From: Candidatus Giovannonibacteria bacterium RIFOXYD1_FULL_48_21
GTDB taxonomy: Bacteria > Patescibacteriota > Minisyncoccia > JACPKW01 > UBA11713
DNA: 64,000 nucleotides
Direction of reading: 5' to 3'
Assembly: GCA_001778985.1 (NCBI GenBank)
Contig: MFIU01000001.1
Coordinates: forward strand, 190,934-254,933
The position numbers and the translations under genes were made by a program. The notes beneath the pieces are model-generated. The model ran no database searches. It was not told the origin of the DNA and saw only the letters and a list, made by a program, of their open reading frames with translations. The first letter of the stretch is position 1, and each line of letters begins with the position of its first letter. Shown here in pieces: positions 49,523-57,759 of this stretch.

Positions 49523-50903
49523 AGAGACGATAGCAAAACTTGAGAAGGGAGAAATTTCCGCAAGAGAATTAGTTTCGGGATATTTAGACACAATCAAGAA
49601 AAAAGACCCGAGTTTGAACGCCTATCGGGAAGTATTTGACGACGCGATGGAAGAAGCTGAAAAAATTGATTTGAAGATAAAACACGGCGATACGCCTCGT
49701 CCGCTCGAGGGCATTCCTTTCGCGATTAAGGACAATATCTTAATCAAAGGTAAAATGGCTGGGGCGGCCTCGAAAATTCTGGAAGGATATACCGCGAGTT
49801 ACGACGCGGCTTGCATAAAGAAACTTCGCGAGGCTGGCGCGATTTTTCTCGGCAGAACAAACATGGATGAATTCGCGATGGGCTCTTCCACTGAAAACTC
49901 CGCCTACGGCGCGACCAAAAATCCTCACGATGAATCTCGCGTTCCGGGCGGCTCTTCGGGCGGCTCGGCTGTGGCTGTGGCGGCGGATATGGCCATGGCC
50001 GCTTTAGGTTCTGACACCGGCGGCTCTATCCGCCAGCCCGCGGCTTTTTGCGGCGTGGTCGGCTTAAAGCCGACTTACGGCGCGGTTTCGCGCTCCGGAC
50101 TGATTGCCATGGCTTCATCTTTGGACCAGATCGGACCGATTGCCAAGACCGTAGCTGATGCCGAGGTGGTTTTCGAAGCAATAAAAGGAAGTGACCTTCG
50201 CGACGCTACTTCTGTCCAAAATCCAAAATCCAAGTCCCAAGTTCCAAAAGTAATAGGAATACCCAAAGAGTATTTTTTGAAAGAAGGAATGGACGCCGAA
50301 GTTTTAAAGAAAGTTGAAGAAGCCATTGAATTTCTGAAAGAAAAAGGATTTGAAATCAAAGAAGTTTCTTTGCCCTATACCCAATACGCCCTCGCGGCCT
50401 ATTACATAGTGATGCCGGCCGAAGTTTCGGCGAACCTCGCTCGTTTTGACGGGATGCGCTACGGGCCTCGCGCGGAAGAAAAAAATCTTTTCGGGGTTTA
50501 CGCGAAAACACGCGAGAAGGGATTTGGTCCGGAAGTGAGGCGCCGGATTGTTCTGGGGACTTATGTTTTGTCCGCCGGATATTACGACGCTTATTACGGA
50601 CGCGCGCAGAAAGTGAGATATTTAATCCGCAAAGATTTTGAAAATGAATTTAAAAACGTGGATGTGATTTTAACGCCCACCGCTCCAACTTTACCTTTCA
50701 AAATCGGAGAAAAAACAAAAGACCCCCTTTCAATGTATCTTGAAGATATTTTCACCGTTCCCGCGAACCTTGCCGGAGTTCCGGCAATGTCCGTGCCGTT
50801 CGGTGAAGCAAGAGGCCTGCCCGTCGGCATTCAGCTCATTGCCCCGTGGTTTGAAGAGCGGCGGCTTTTTGAAGTTGGAAAAGTTTTGGAGAACGTGCTA
50901 TAG
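49515..50903 (+). CDS. gatA: Asp/Glu-tRNA amidotransferase subunit A
   Basis: IKDN, NMDEFAMGSSTE, PGGSSGGSA, GSDTGGSIRQPA. Confidence 0.96.
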   Translation: MIKETIAKLEKGEISARELVSGYLDTIKKKDPSLNAYREVFDDAMEEAEKIDLKIKHGDTPRPLEGIPFAIKDNILIKGKMAGAASKILEGYTASYDAACIKKLREAGAIFLGRTNMDEFAMGSSTENSAYGATKNPHDESRVPGGSSGGSAVAVAADMAMAALGSDTGGSIRQPAAFCGVVGLKPTYGAVSRSGLIAMASSLDQIGPIAKTVADAEVVFEAIKGSDLRDATSVQNPKSKSQVPKVIGIPKEYFLKEGMDAEVLKKVEEAIEFLKEKGFEIKEVSLPYTQYALAAYYIVMPAEVSANLARFDGMRYGPRAEEKNLFGVYAKTREKGFGPEVRRRIVLGTYVLSAGYYDAYYGRAQKVRYLIRKDFENEFKNVDVILTPTAPTLPFKIGEKTKDPLSMYLEDIFTVPANLAGVPAMSVPFGEARGLPVGIQLIAPWFEERRLFEVGKVLENVL

Positions 50904-50941
50904 TAATCCCGAATCAAAAACTCGGAAGGAGGTATTAAAAA

Positions 50942-51964
50942 ATGAGATATATGCCTGCGGAGTGGGAGGAACACAGGGCGACATGGCTCGCCTGGCCGCA
51001 CAACAAGGAGCACTGGCCAGGGATGGATTTGGAACGGATTTGGCTCACTTATGTCAGAATAATTCAGCTTTTAATCTCGTCGGGAGAGAAAGTGGGCGTT
51101 CTGGCGGATGACGCCTTGATGCAGGAACAGGCTAGGTCATTCCTCTGGAAGAGGGATGTGCCGATTGACAGCGAGATAATCCAGTTCGTCCACATTCCCA
51201 CGAACTCCTCGTGGGTCCGTGACTGGGGCCCGATTTTTGTTAGAACCATCCATGGAATTTGGGCCACAGATTGGAGGTTTAACGGGTGGGGCGGAGAATA
51301 CCCGCCGTGGGAAAAGGACGATGCAGCGCCGACAAAAATAGCCGAGGATTTAAAAATCCCCTGCCTTGATATTAGCGACATTTGCCTTGAAGGGGGCGCT
51401 ATTGAAGTCAATGGCGAGGGCACTCTTCTTACTGTGGAGGGTTGCCTAAATCATAAAAAGCGAAACCCCCGGTTAGAAAAAGAGAATCTGGAATATCTCT
51501 TTAGGGATGAGCTTGGTGTCACCAACGTTATCTGGCTTCCCCGTAAAATCGCGTCTGATCACACTGGGCACGTGGATAATATCGCCCGGTTCGTTTATAC
51601 AAACGTCATTCTTTGCGCTCTGGAGGATGACCGCCGCGATGAGAATTACGAAGCGCTTCGGGAGAATTTTCTGGCGCTTGAACGTGCTCGCGACGCGAAA
51701 GGGGAACGTTTAGTGGTTTTGCCGCTGCCCATGCCCGAGCCTGTGTATTACGAAAAGGAGCGTCTGCCCGCGAGCTACGCGAATTTTTACATCGCGAACC
51801 GCGCGGTGCTTGTTCCTACTTTTAACTGCAGTCGGGACGAGAAAGCGCTGAAGTTGATTGAGGAGTTTTTCCCTCGCCGCAGGGTTGTCGGCATTGACTG
51901 CCGCGACCTTCTCTGGGGTATGGGGACAATCCATTGCTCCGCGATGCAGCAGCCCGTAGCGTAG
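50942..51964 (+). CDS. aguA: Agmatine deiminase family protein
   Basis: MPAEWE, WVRDWGP, EGGAIEVNGEG, GHVDN, ASYANF, GTIHC..MQQP. Confidence 0.9.
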   Translation: MRYMPAEWEEHRATWLAWPHNKEHWPGMDLERIWLTYVRIIQLLISSGEKVGVLADDALMQEQARSFLWKRDVPIDSEIIQFVHIPTNSSWVRDWGPIFVRTIHGIWATDWRFNGWGGEYPPWEKDDAAPTKIAEDLKIPCLDISDICLEGGAIEVNGEGTLLTVEGCLNHKKRNPRLEKENLEYLFRDELGVTNVIWLPRKIASDHTGHVDNIARFVYTNVILCALEDDRRDENYEALRENFLALERARDAKGERLVVLPLPMPEPVYYEKERLPASYANFYIANRAVLVPTFNCSRDEKALKLIEEFFPRRRVVGIDCRDLLWGMGTIHCSAMQQPVA

Positions 51965-52000
51965 CGCCAGCTTGGATAGGCCGTTGCGCTTCTTGTTCTA

Positions 52001-52048
52001 AAAAAGGGAACCCCGATGGTCACACCTGACCGTCGGGGCCTTTTGTTT
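52001..52048. terminator. Bidirectional terminator
   Basis: A-tract, CCCCGATGGTCA-CACC-TGACCGTCGGGG, T-tract between convergent genes. Confidence 0.75.
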
Positions 52049-52059
52049 CTTGCCTCCTT

Positions 52060-53517
52060 TTATATTGTCTCCATTACATACTTCACCAGAAACGGCCAAG
52101 CTATGGTCGCGTCCGCCTTTATTTCAGCGGTTTTGGCATCCGGCTCGAATTTTCTCCAGGAGATGTTTTCTGAATATTTGCATCCCCCCAGGCTACCGAT
52201 ATGTTCAGGGTCCGGACATATCCGCACACCCATCGAGTACATCACCTCCGGCAGGCTTCTCCCTGTATGGATTTTCTCGATTTCTATCAGCGGCGCTATG
52301 TTTTGGACATTATTTCTGGGCCCGCCTCCGCCGATCGTGAAGATCGCCAGCTTCTTCCCGTTCCTTTTTGCCTCGAGAACGAAGTTTCGGAGAAAAAGCG
52401 TGGAGTGCTCCGCGTTCATAATCAGCCGCTCGAGTCCTTTTTCCTCTCTGTTTTGATTGTGAACGAAGAAATCATTGAACATCTCCGAGTTGGTCATGTC
52501 GGGGATATCTACTGGGATACCCTTTTCATAGGCGGATTTAAGAATGGCGCGCTGTTCCTTAAAATGCTCCGTTAAATATTCTCCGATCATGCGATTGAGC
52601 TCAATCCAGCCGATGTGTTTTAAACCATCGAGGTTTATTATAACTTCCCGGAAAATTTTCTCGACGTGGTCGAGATTGGTTTCCGGTTCGATGAGATCAG
52701 TAATGCGGTTGAGCTTAAGCGCGGCCAGAAGTTTGTCGGACATTTTTGGGTCGTGCTTAAAATGCTTAAGCCCCATACCTTCAACTAAGCCGTGCGCCTG
52801 GATGGCCCCGGTCGATGAGATAAAATCGACCATGCCAAAATCAATCATGTCGCAGATTACTAACCCCATTTTGGCCGGAGTCATCGCTCCCGATAGAGTA
52901 AGGATTGTTTTATATTCCGGATCGCGGAACATAATTCCGGCAAGCCGCGCGCCTTCTTTCATCGAGGCGCCGATTTCTCCGAAACTTCCTAAAAATTTTA
53001 TCAGAGAGGCGACGCCCGAAGTTTCCCCATCTAGGTATTCTTTCAAAGTCAGGTAAAGAATGGGAATGACCAAATATGGGTCTGCGAAAATCACGTCAGG
53101 GTAGTATCCGGTCTGCGTTTGCTTCGGCTTTGCTTTTTCAAACTGGTTGATGAAGATTGCCCGGTCCGGTTTCTTGAAGATGGCGTCTTCGTACCGCTCC
53201 GAGAAATATCCCACCACTACCGCGGTCCCGCCTTGATAGGGGGCCACGGCGTATCTTTCCGGAGTAATTAGGTCGCAAAACCATTTTTTATCAACCATTT
53301 CCTGTAAAAGTCTGCCCAGGGGACTTTCCGGCTTGCCGTCATAGATCAAAAACGGTTTAAGCGATTTTCGGCATTCTCCCGTGAGCGTATGCGCCACCTC
53401 GCCGAGCATTCTTGCGCCGAAGGAGCAAAAACGCATGCCTTCCACGACGATTTCGCCGACGGTTTGATGCTTTCGCAAATCCAGAGGTATCAGTTCTTCC
53501 AGCTTCAAGTTTTTCAT
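52060..53517 (-). CDS. Deoxyhypusine synthase-like protein with long N-terminal extension
   Basis: LTLSGAMTPA, STGA..AHG, IGGGGPRN, GSLGGC.YSENISWRK, ADATIAWP. Confidence 0.85.
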   Translation of the reverse strand: MKNLKLEELIPLDLRKHQTVGEIVVEGMRFCSFGARMLGEVAHTLTGECRKSLKPFLIYDGKPESPLGRLLQEMVDKKWFCDLITPERYAVAPYQGGTAVVVGYFSERYEDAIFKKPDRAIFINQFEKAKPKQTQTGYYPDVIFADPYLVIPILYLTLKEYLDGETSGVASLIKFLGSFGEIGASMKEGARLAGIMFRDPEYKTILTLSGAMTPAKMGLVICDMIDFGMVDFISSTGAIQAHGLVEGMGLKHFKHDPKMSDKLLAALKLNRITDLIEPETNLDHVEKIFREVIINLDGLKHIGWIELNRMIGEYLTEHFKEQRAILKSAYEKGIPVDIPDMTNSEMFNDFFVHNQNREEKGLERLIMNAEHSTLFLRNFVLEAKRNGKKLAIFTIGGGGPRNNVQNIAPLIEIEKIHTGRSLPEVMYSMGVRICPDPEHIGSLGGCKYSENISWRKFEPDAKTAEIKADATIAWPFLVKYVMETI

Positions 53518-53692
53518 CGCTCTCTCCTTCCAAGTTAAAGAATTTTTTCTATAGTAGCATATTTTATAAAAGATAAAGACCCCTAATAAAAAGTATAATT
53601 ATTTTTCTTCCTCGAGGACTTGTTTCAGAAGCTCCGCAGTTGTAGCACATACAACTTGATTTTATTTATTTTGAGTTTACAATGCAATATAT

Positions 53693-53763
53693 CGCGGGGT
53701 GGAGGAGTAGTACCTCGGGGGGCTCATAACCCCCAGGCGCCGGTGCAATTCCGGCCCCCGCAA
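53693..53763 (+). tRNA. Initiator tRNA-fMet(CAU)
   Basis: C1:A72 mismatch, GGGGG-CTCATAA-CCCCC anticodon arm; variant T-loop TGCAATT. Confidence 0.9.
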
Positions 53764-53771
53764 CAAAATTG

Positions 53772-53843
53772 GCCGGCGTAGCTCAGTGGCAGAGCGAGGG
53801 ACTCATAAGCCCTAGGCCGCAGGTTCAATCCCTGCCGCCGGCA
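53772..53843 (+). tRNA. tRNA-Met(CAU), probably elongator
   Basis: GCCGGCG/CGCCGGC acceptor, CTCATAA loop, GGTTCAATCC. Confidence 0.88.
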
Positions 53844-53919
53844 CACTTCGACTCACTGTGTTCGCTCAGTGTAAACTTTTAAATAAGAGAGTCGAAGTGC
53901 CCTGAGCCTGTCGAAGGGC
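53844..53919. repeat. REP-like palindromic spacer between tRNAs
   Basis: CACTTCGACTC (53844-53854) / GAGTCGAAGTG (53889-53899), then GCCCTGAGCCTGTCGAAGGGC. Confidence 0.75.
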
Positions 53920-53933
53920 AACAAGTTTTATTT

Positions 53934-54011
53934 GCGGGCGTGGTGTAGCCTGGTTAACACGCCTCCCTGTCACGGAGGAGATCGTGGGTTCAAATCCCAT
54001 CGCCCGCGCCA
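53934..54011 (+). tRNA. tRNA-Asp(GUC)
   Basis: GCGGGCG/CGCCCGC acceptor, CCTCC-CTGTCAC-GGAGG, G-CCA. Confidence 0.96.
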
Positions 54012-54022
54012 AGATTCAAACC

Positions 54023-55339
54023 CTATTCCATGTATAAACTTACAAAGGATGATTCGCTGGAAGTAGCGGTGTTTCCGGCGGCGTCAGCAGAGGTCACGAG
54101 GAAGTAATAAGTAGTGCTCGCGGTCAATCCCGATAGCGCGACGCTGTGGCTCGTCACTAGACTTGTTGAACCGGTATGCGGCGTTGTGCTTGCGATCGCG
54201 AGAGGAGTCGCGGTTGAGTACCATACTTGAGAGTCTGCGGCCTCGTTAGTGCTCCATGTGACCACAGCCGAGGTTGAAGAAGCGTTCACGCTGAGATTGG
54301 AGATAATGGGCGCGTCATCATCATCGTCATCGTCACGGTTAAAGATTCTATCGAAGCGTTCCCGCAGACGTTCGCGAAGAGATTCTTCTCTTTCGCGAAT
54401 CCTCTCTTTCTGTTCTTCAAGCCGTTCCTCGAGTCGGTCAAAACGTTCTTTCAGCTCTTCCTCTTTGCGCTCAAATTTTTCTTCAAAACGCTTTTCCAAA
54501 TCTTCCTCGTGGTCGTCATCTCTGTCTGGGGGAGTCGTGGTCGCATTATTCTCGTGCTTGATTTCAAATTTAAATTTGCCCTTTAGCTCTTTGCCCGAAG
54601 CTTCGATTGCGATTTTCAAGCCATTATCGTTTTGTTTGATGTTCGCCCTGAACTTGTCGAGCCGGGCAATATGATTTTCCGCAAGTTCGGTGAGCTCTGC
54701 GATAAGGGAGTCAATCGCGCGAACGGCCGAAGCGTTTCCTTTCGCTTCGAGCTCGGCTCTGGTCGCGCGAAGTTTTTCCAGCGCAACTTCCAGAGCTTGT
54801 CGTGCCTGTTCGATGCCCCTTGCGCTTATTTTGCCGTTCACTGCGCTGGGAGTGGAAGTTGAGGTTGGATGTGTTGAAGTGGCTCCGTTTGTCGGCGGGC
54901 TTGATGTCGCACTGACGCCAGCATTCGCGCTTACAAAAATACTCACCGCAACCCTGGCTTCATCGACGCGCTCCTGGGCGAACCTCAAACGGAGTTCGTC
55001 CTTTTTGGTATCGCTGGCGAGAACAATCCGAATTCGCTCGGAGGCGAGGTCGAGCGGAAAGAGAAAATCGCCGGGTTTCGCGCTGTCAGCCGCCGCCGCC
55101 GCCGCCGTGGCCAGAGAACTTCCCAGAAGAATAACCACGGCGGCAAGCGCCATGGCCCTTCGCTTCGCGAAAATATCGAAGAGGGGAAAGCTATAGCCGC
55201 TAAACTCTTTTTGCTTTTCGAGAGCGATTCTTTGCCGGATGAACGACCACGCCTTCGTTTTTTCTTCTGGGGTTAGCGGTTTCGGGCTCATATTTTTAAG
55301 CTTGGTCTCAATATCGAATTGATTAAATTGCTTCTCCAT
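54023..55339 (-). CDS. Putative anti-sigma factor: TM, DUF5667-like region, charged coiled coil, C-terminal FN3-like domain
   Basis: AKPGDFLFPLDLASERI..AQERVDEA; VTWSTNEAADSQVWY..HSVALSGLTASTTYYF; overlaps the sigma gene. Confidence 0.75.
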   Translation of the reverse strand: MEKQFNQFDIETKLKNMSPKPLTPEEKTKAWSFIRQRIALEKQKEFSGYSFPLFDIFAKRRAMALAAVVILLGSSLATAAAAAADSAKPGDFLFPLDLASERIRIVLASDTKKDELRLRFAQERVDEARVAVSIFVSANAGVSATSSPPTNGATSTHPTSTSTPSAVNGKISARGIEQARQALEVALEKLRATRAELEAKGNASAVRAIDSLIAELTELAENHIARLDKFRANIKQNDNGLKIAIEASGKELKGKFKFEIKHENNATTTPPDRDDDHEEDLEKRFEEKFERKEEELKERFDRLEERLEEQKERIREREESLRERLRERFDRIFNRDDDDDDDAPIISNLSVNASSTSAVVTWSTNEAADSQVWYSTATPLAIASTTPHTGSTSLVTSHSVALSGLTASTTYYFLVTSADAAGNTATSSESSFVSLYME

Positions 55340-55841
55340 GTTGTTCCATTAACGTTTGTAATTTTTTTATGGCGCGGTGGTGCCAGACCTTGGCTCGGCC
55401 TTCCCGGATGTTGAGCACCGAGGCGATTTCGGCGAAAGTGAGTCCGGACCAGTAGCGCAATTTTAGAAGTTCTTGATACTTTTCCGCCAGCATATTTATG
55501 TGTTTTGTCAGATAACGGTAGTCGTTTGTCTCCATTTCATAGCTCGCGCCGGGGAGATTTTCGTCCAAGGGGATGGTTTCGCGTTTGGATTGATAATAAT
55601 GGTAGAGCTTCCGCTTCGCGATGGAAAAGATAAATCCGGAAAAGGCCTCGTCGGAGCGGAACTCGAACGTTCCGAGTTCCTTCCAGAGGTCGATGAAGAT
55701 TTCCTGCGCGAGGTCGAGGGCGTCTTCGCGGGCGGACGTTCTGGAAAGAAGGTATAAAAAGAGCTTCGACGAAAAACTCTCAAAGATTTCCCGAAAAGCT
55801 TGGACGTCTCCGGTTTTCGCTTTTTGAACTAACGTTTCCAA
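55323..55841 (-). CDS. ECF RNA polymerase sigma factor
   Basis: GDVQAF, DALDLAQEIF, LRYWSGLTFAEIASVL..HRAIKKL. Confidence 0.9.
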   Translation of the reverse strand: METLVQKAKTGDVQAFREIFESFSSKLFLYLLSRTSAREDALDLAQEIFIDLWKELGTFEFRSDEAFSGFIFSIAKRKLYHYYQSKRETIPLDENLPGASYEMETNDYRYLTKHINMLAEKYQELLKLRYWSGLTFAEIASVLNIREGRAKVWHHRAIKKLQTLMEQHGEAI

Positions 55842-55894
55842 GTTAATGCCGGCTACTCCAATAATATGTAACTTTATATCAAAAAGGTTACAGT

Positions 55895-57037
55895 TTACCT
55901 TAATTCAGCCGCGAATTGTTCGGCGGTTTCGCGATAAAGTTTGGCTTGGATTTTGTCTACTTCTTCGCTGGTCAAAGTTCTTGAATTCGAGCGATAGACA
56001 ATTCTATAGGTATAGCTCGTTTTCTCCGGCCCGAATTTTTCCACGTTTTCGTATTTATCCAGCAATTGAACTTCTTCAACCAAATCTCCGCCCAAGTCCC
56101 TGATTAAATCAAAATAATTGTTCGAGATAAAATCATTTTTTACGATGAAGGAAATATCGCGCGTTATGGGCGGGTATTTCGACACCTCTTTAAATTTATT
56201 TCCGAGCTTGAGCTGCTTTTTTACGCGCGGGTCTTCGGACCAGAATAACCGGATATCCGGCAAGTCCATGCTCAAAATCGCTAACCTTTCGAGGCCGAAG
56301 CCAAAGGCCCAGCCGGTGTAGTTGTCCGAGTCCACCCCTAATTTTTTCAAAACATTGCCGCTCACGACGCCCGACCCAAGAACTTCTATCCATTTTTCTC
56401 CGCCAGGGAGTTGTATCTCCATTTCTATCGAAGGGTCGGTGTAGGGGAATTTGTCTTCGTTAAAGCGGTATTTGATTTTTTTGCCGAAAATCGCCTGGGC
56501 GATTTTAATTAAAATATCTTCGAGGTCCTTGATGGTGATGATTTTTTTGCTCTTTGGCGCCAGATACCAGCCGTCCATCTGATGAAAAACGTTCATGTGA
56601 TTGCGGTCGATTTCGTCTTTGCGGTAAACCTTGCCGTAGGAAAGCGAGCCGACGGCTTCGCTGTTTTTAATTTTTTCTTTTATGCGCTCGTCCCGCAAAT
56701 AGTAATACCACATTACGGTCGTGTGCGTTCGCAGAACATTATTTTCATCTGTATAGTAAGTGTCCGATTTTGAACGGACCGGATGGTCTTTCGGAAAATC
56801 AAAGAGGTCGAAACTTATATCGGCCGGGACAACTTCAGGCACTTCAATGATGTCAAAATCTTTGAAATCTTGGAGATTAATAATGCGCTCGGCAAGCTCG
56901 CGGAGGGGACTCCCGGGCGTTCGCGACAAGTCGGGCATCTTCAAAAAACGCGCCATTCTCTTCGATTCCGGGTCCTGTTTTTTCGCCAAAACTTTCAGGA
57001 TGTCTTTTTCTTCTTCGGATTCAATTTTAATTTGCAT
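55895..57037 (-). CDS. pheS: Single-chain phenylalanine--tRNA ligase (catalytic domain + FDX-ACB)
   Basis: DHPVRSKSDTYY, LRTHTT, FHQMDG, FPYTDPS.E, GWAFGFGLERLA, DIRLFWS, then SKYPPITRDISF..YRIVYRS. Confidence 0.92.
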   Translation of the reverse strand: MQIKIESEEEKDILKVLAKKQDPESKRMARFLKMPDLSRTPGSPLRELAERIINLQDFKDFDIIEVPEVVPADISFDLFDFPKDHPVRSKSDTYYTDENNVLRTHTTVMWYYYLRDERIKEKIKNSEAVGSLSYGKVYRKDEIDRNHMNVFHQMDGWYLAPKSKKIITIKDLEDILIKIAQAIFGKKIKYRFNEDKFPYTDPSIEMEIQLPGGEKWIEVLGSGVVSGNVLKKLGVDSDNYTGWAFGFGLERLAILSMDLPDIRLFWSEDPRVKKQLKLGNKFKEVSKYPPITRDISFIVKNDFISNNYFDLIRDLGGDLVEEVQLLDKYENVEKFGPEKTSYTYRIVYRSNSRTLTSEEVDKIQAKLYRETAEQFAAELR

Positions 57038-57088
57038 TTCTTAAAATTAGCAAAAATCAGCGCTGTTTACCAGCGATGACTGGAATCG

Positions 57089-57115
57089 GATTTTCTGTCA
57101 AGTTTTGGGGTTAGG
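57089..57115 (+). repeat. 27-bp direct repeat, left copy
   Basis: GATTTTCTGTCAAGTTTTGGGGTTAGG; one mismatch to 57673-57699. Confidence 0.85.
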
Positions 57116-57148
57116 ACTTGAACAGATTTTGTGGTATGATTTTTATAG

Positions 57149-57376
57149 GTGAGCGAGATTATATTCACTAAACACGCTCTGAGAAAACTTAAACAGAGAG
57201 GCATAAGTCGTTCAACGGTTATTAGAGCTGTTTTCAGTCCAGAGAAGTTGATTCTTGATGGAGGCAAGTATCTCTCTTATCGAAGATTTGGTCGATTATA
57301 CTTGAAGGTAATTTTTAAAAGGATGGGGAGATCAATAATTATAATTACGCAACATTTCGTGGAGAAAATAAAATGA
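57149..57376 (+). CDS. DUF4258/RelE-like putative toxin
   Basis: IIFTKHALRKLKQRGI..LKVIF..IIIIT. Confidence 0.75.
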   Translation: MSEIIFTKHALRKLKQRGISRSTVIRAVFSPEKLILDGGKYLSYRRFGRLYLKVIFKRMGRSIIIITQHFVEKIK

Positions 57377-57609
57377 AAGCAACTTATGATCCATTAGCAG
57401 ACGCAGTTAGTATAATTTTCAAGAGAGGAAAAGTTGCGAGAACGAAAGAAGTGAGCAGGGGAGTACTTTTGGACGTGGATAAAAATGATACGCCGCTTTA
57501 CTTAGAGATTTTAGATGCGAGCAAACGCTTTAAGAGGAGCAAAAAAGATTTAGGGAGCTTTTCCCTAGTCCCGTTTACTTATTCCAGGAGCGAGTTAGCG
57601 AGTCTCTAA
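57373..57609 (+). CDS. DUF2283 family putative antitoxin
   Basis: YDPLADAVSI..VLLDVD....LEILDASK. Confidence 0.85.
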   Translation: MKATYDPLADAVSIIFKRGKVARTKEVSRGVLLDVDKNDTPLYLEILDASKRFKRSKKDLGSFSLVPFTYSRSELASL

Positions 57610-57610
57610 T

Positions 57611-57657
57611 AAAAAAGGCGTGGGGAGCGATGTTCTCGCCCACCCACGCGCTTTTTT
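57611..57657. terminator. Putative terminator after the TA pair
   Basis: A-tract GCGTGGG...CCCACGC T-tract. Confidence 0.6.
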
Positions 57658-57672
57658 CGAGGAGTTAAATTA

Positions 57673-57699
57673 GATTTTTTGTCAAGTTTTGGGGTTAGG
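57673..57699 (+). repeat. 27-bp direct repeat, right copy
   Basis: GATTTTTTGTCAAGTTTTGGGGTTAGG. Confidence 0.85.
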
Positions 57700-57759
57700 T
57701 TTCGGCGAGGTTTTGTGCTAAAATTTGAGCATAGCTGTGGATTACTTTTGGCATAAATA

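Noticed and set aside
54300-54520. Repetitive Asp/Glu/Arg-rich DNA
   Set aside because: Explained by low-complexity coiled-coil coding in the anti-sigma-like protein.
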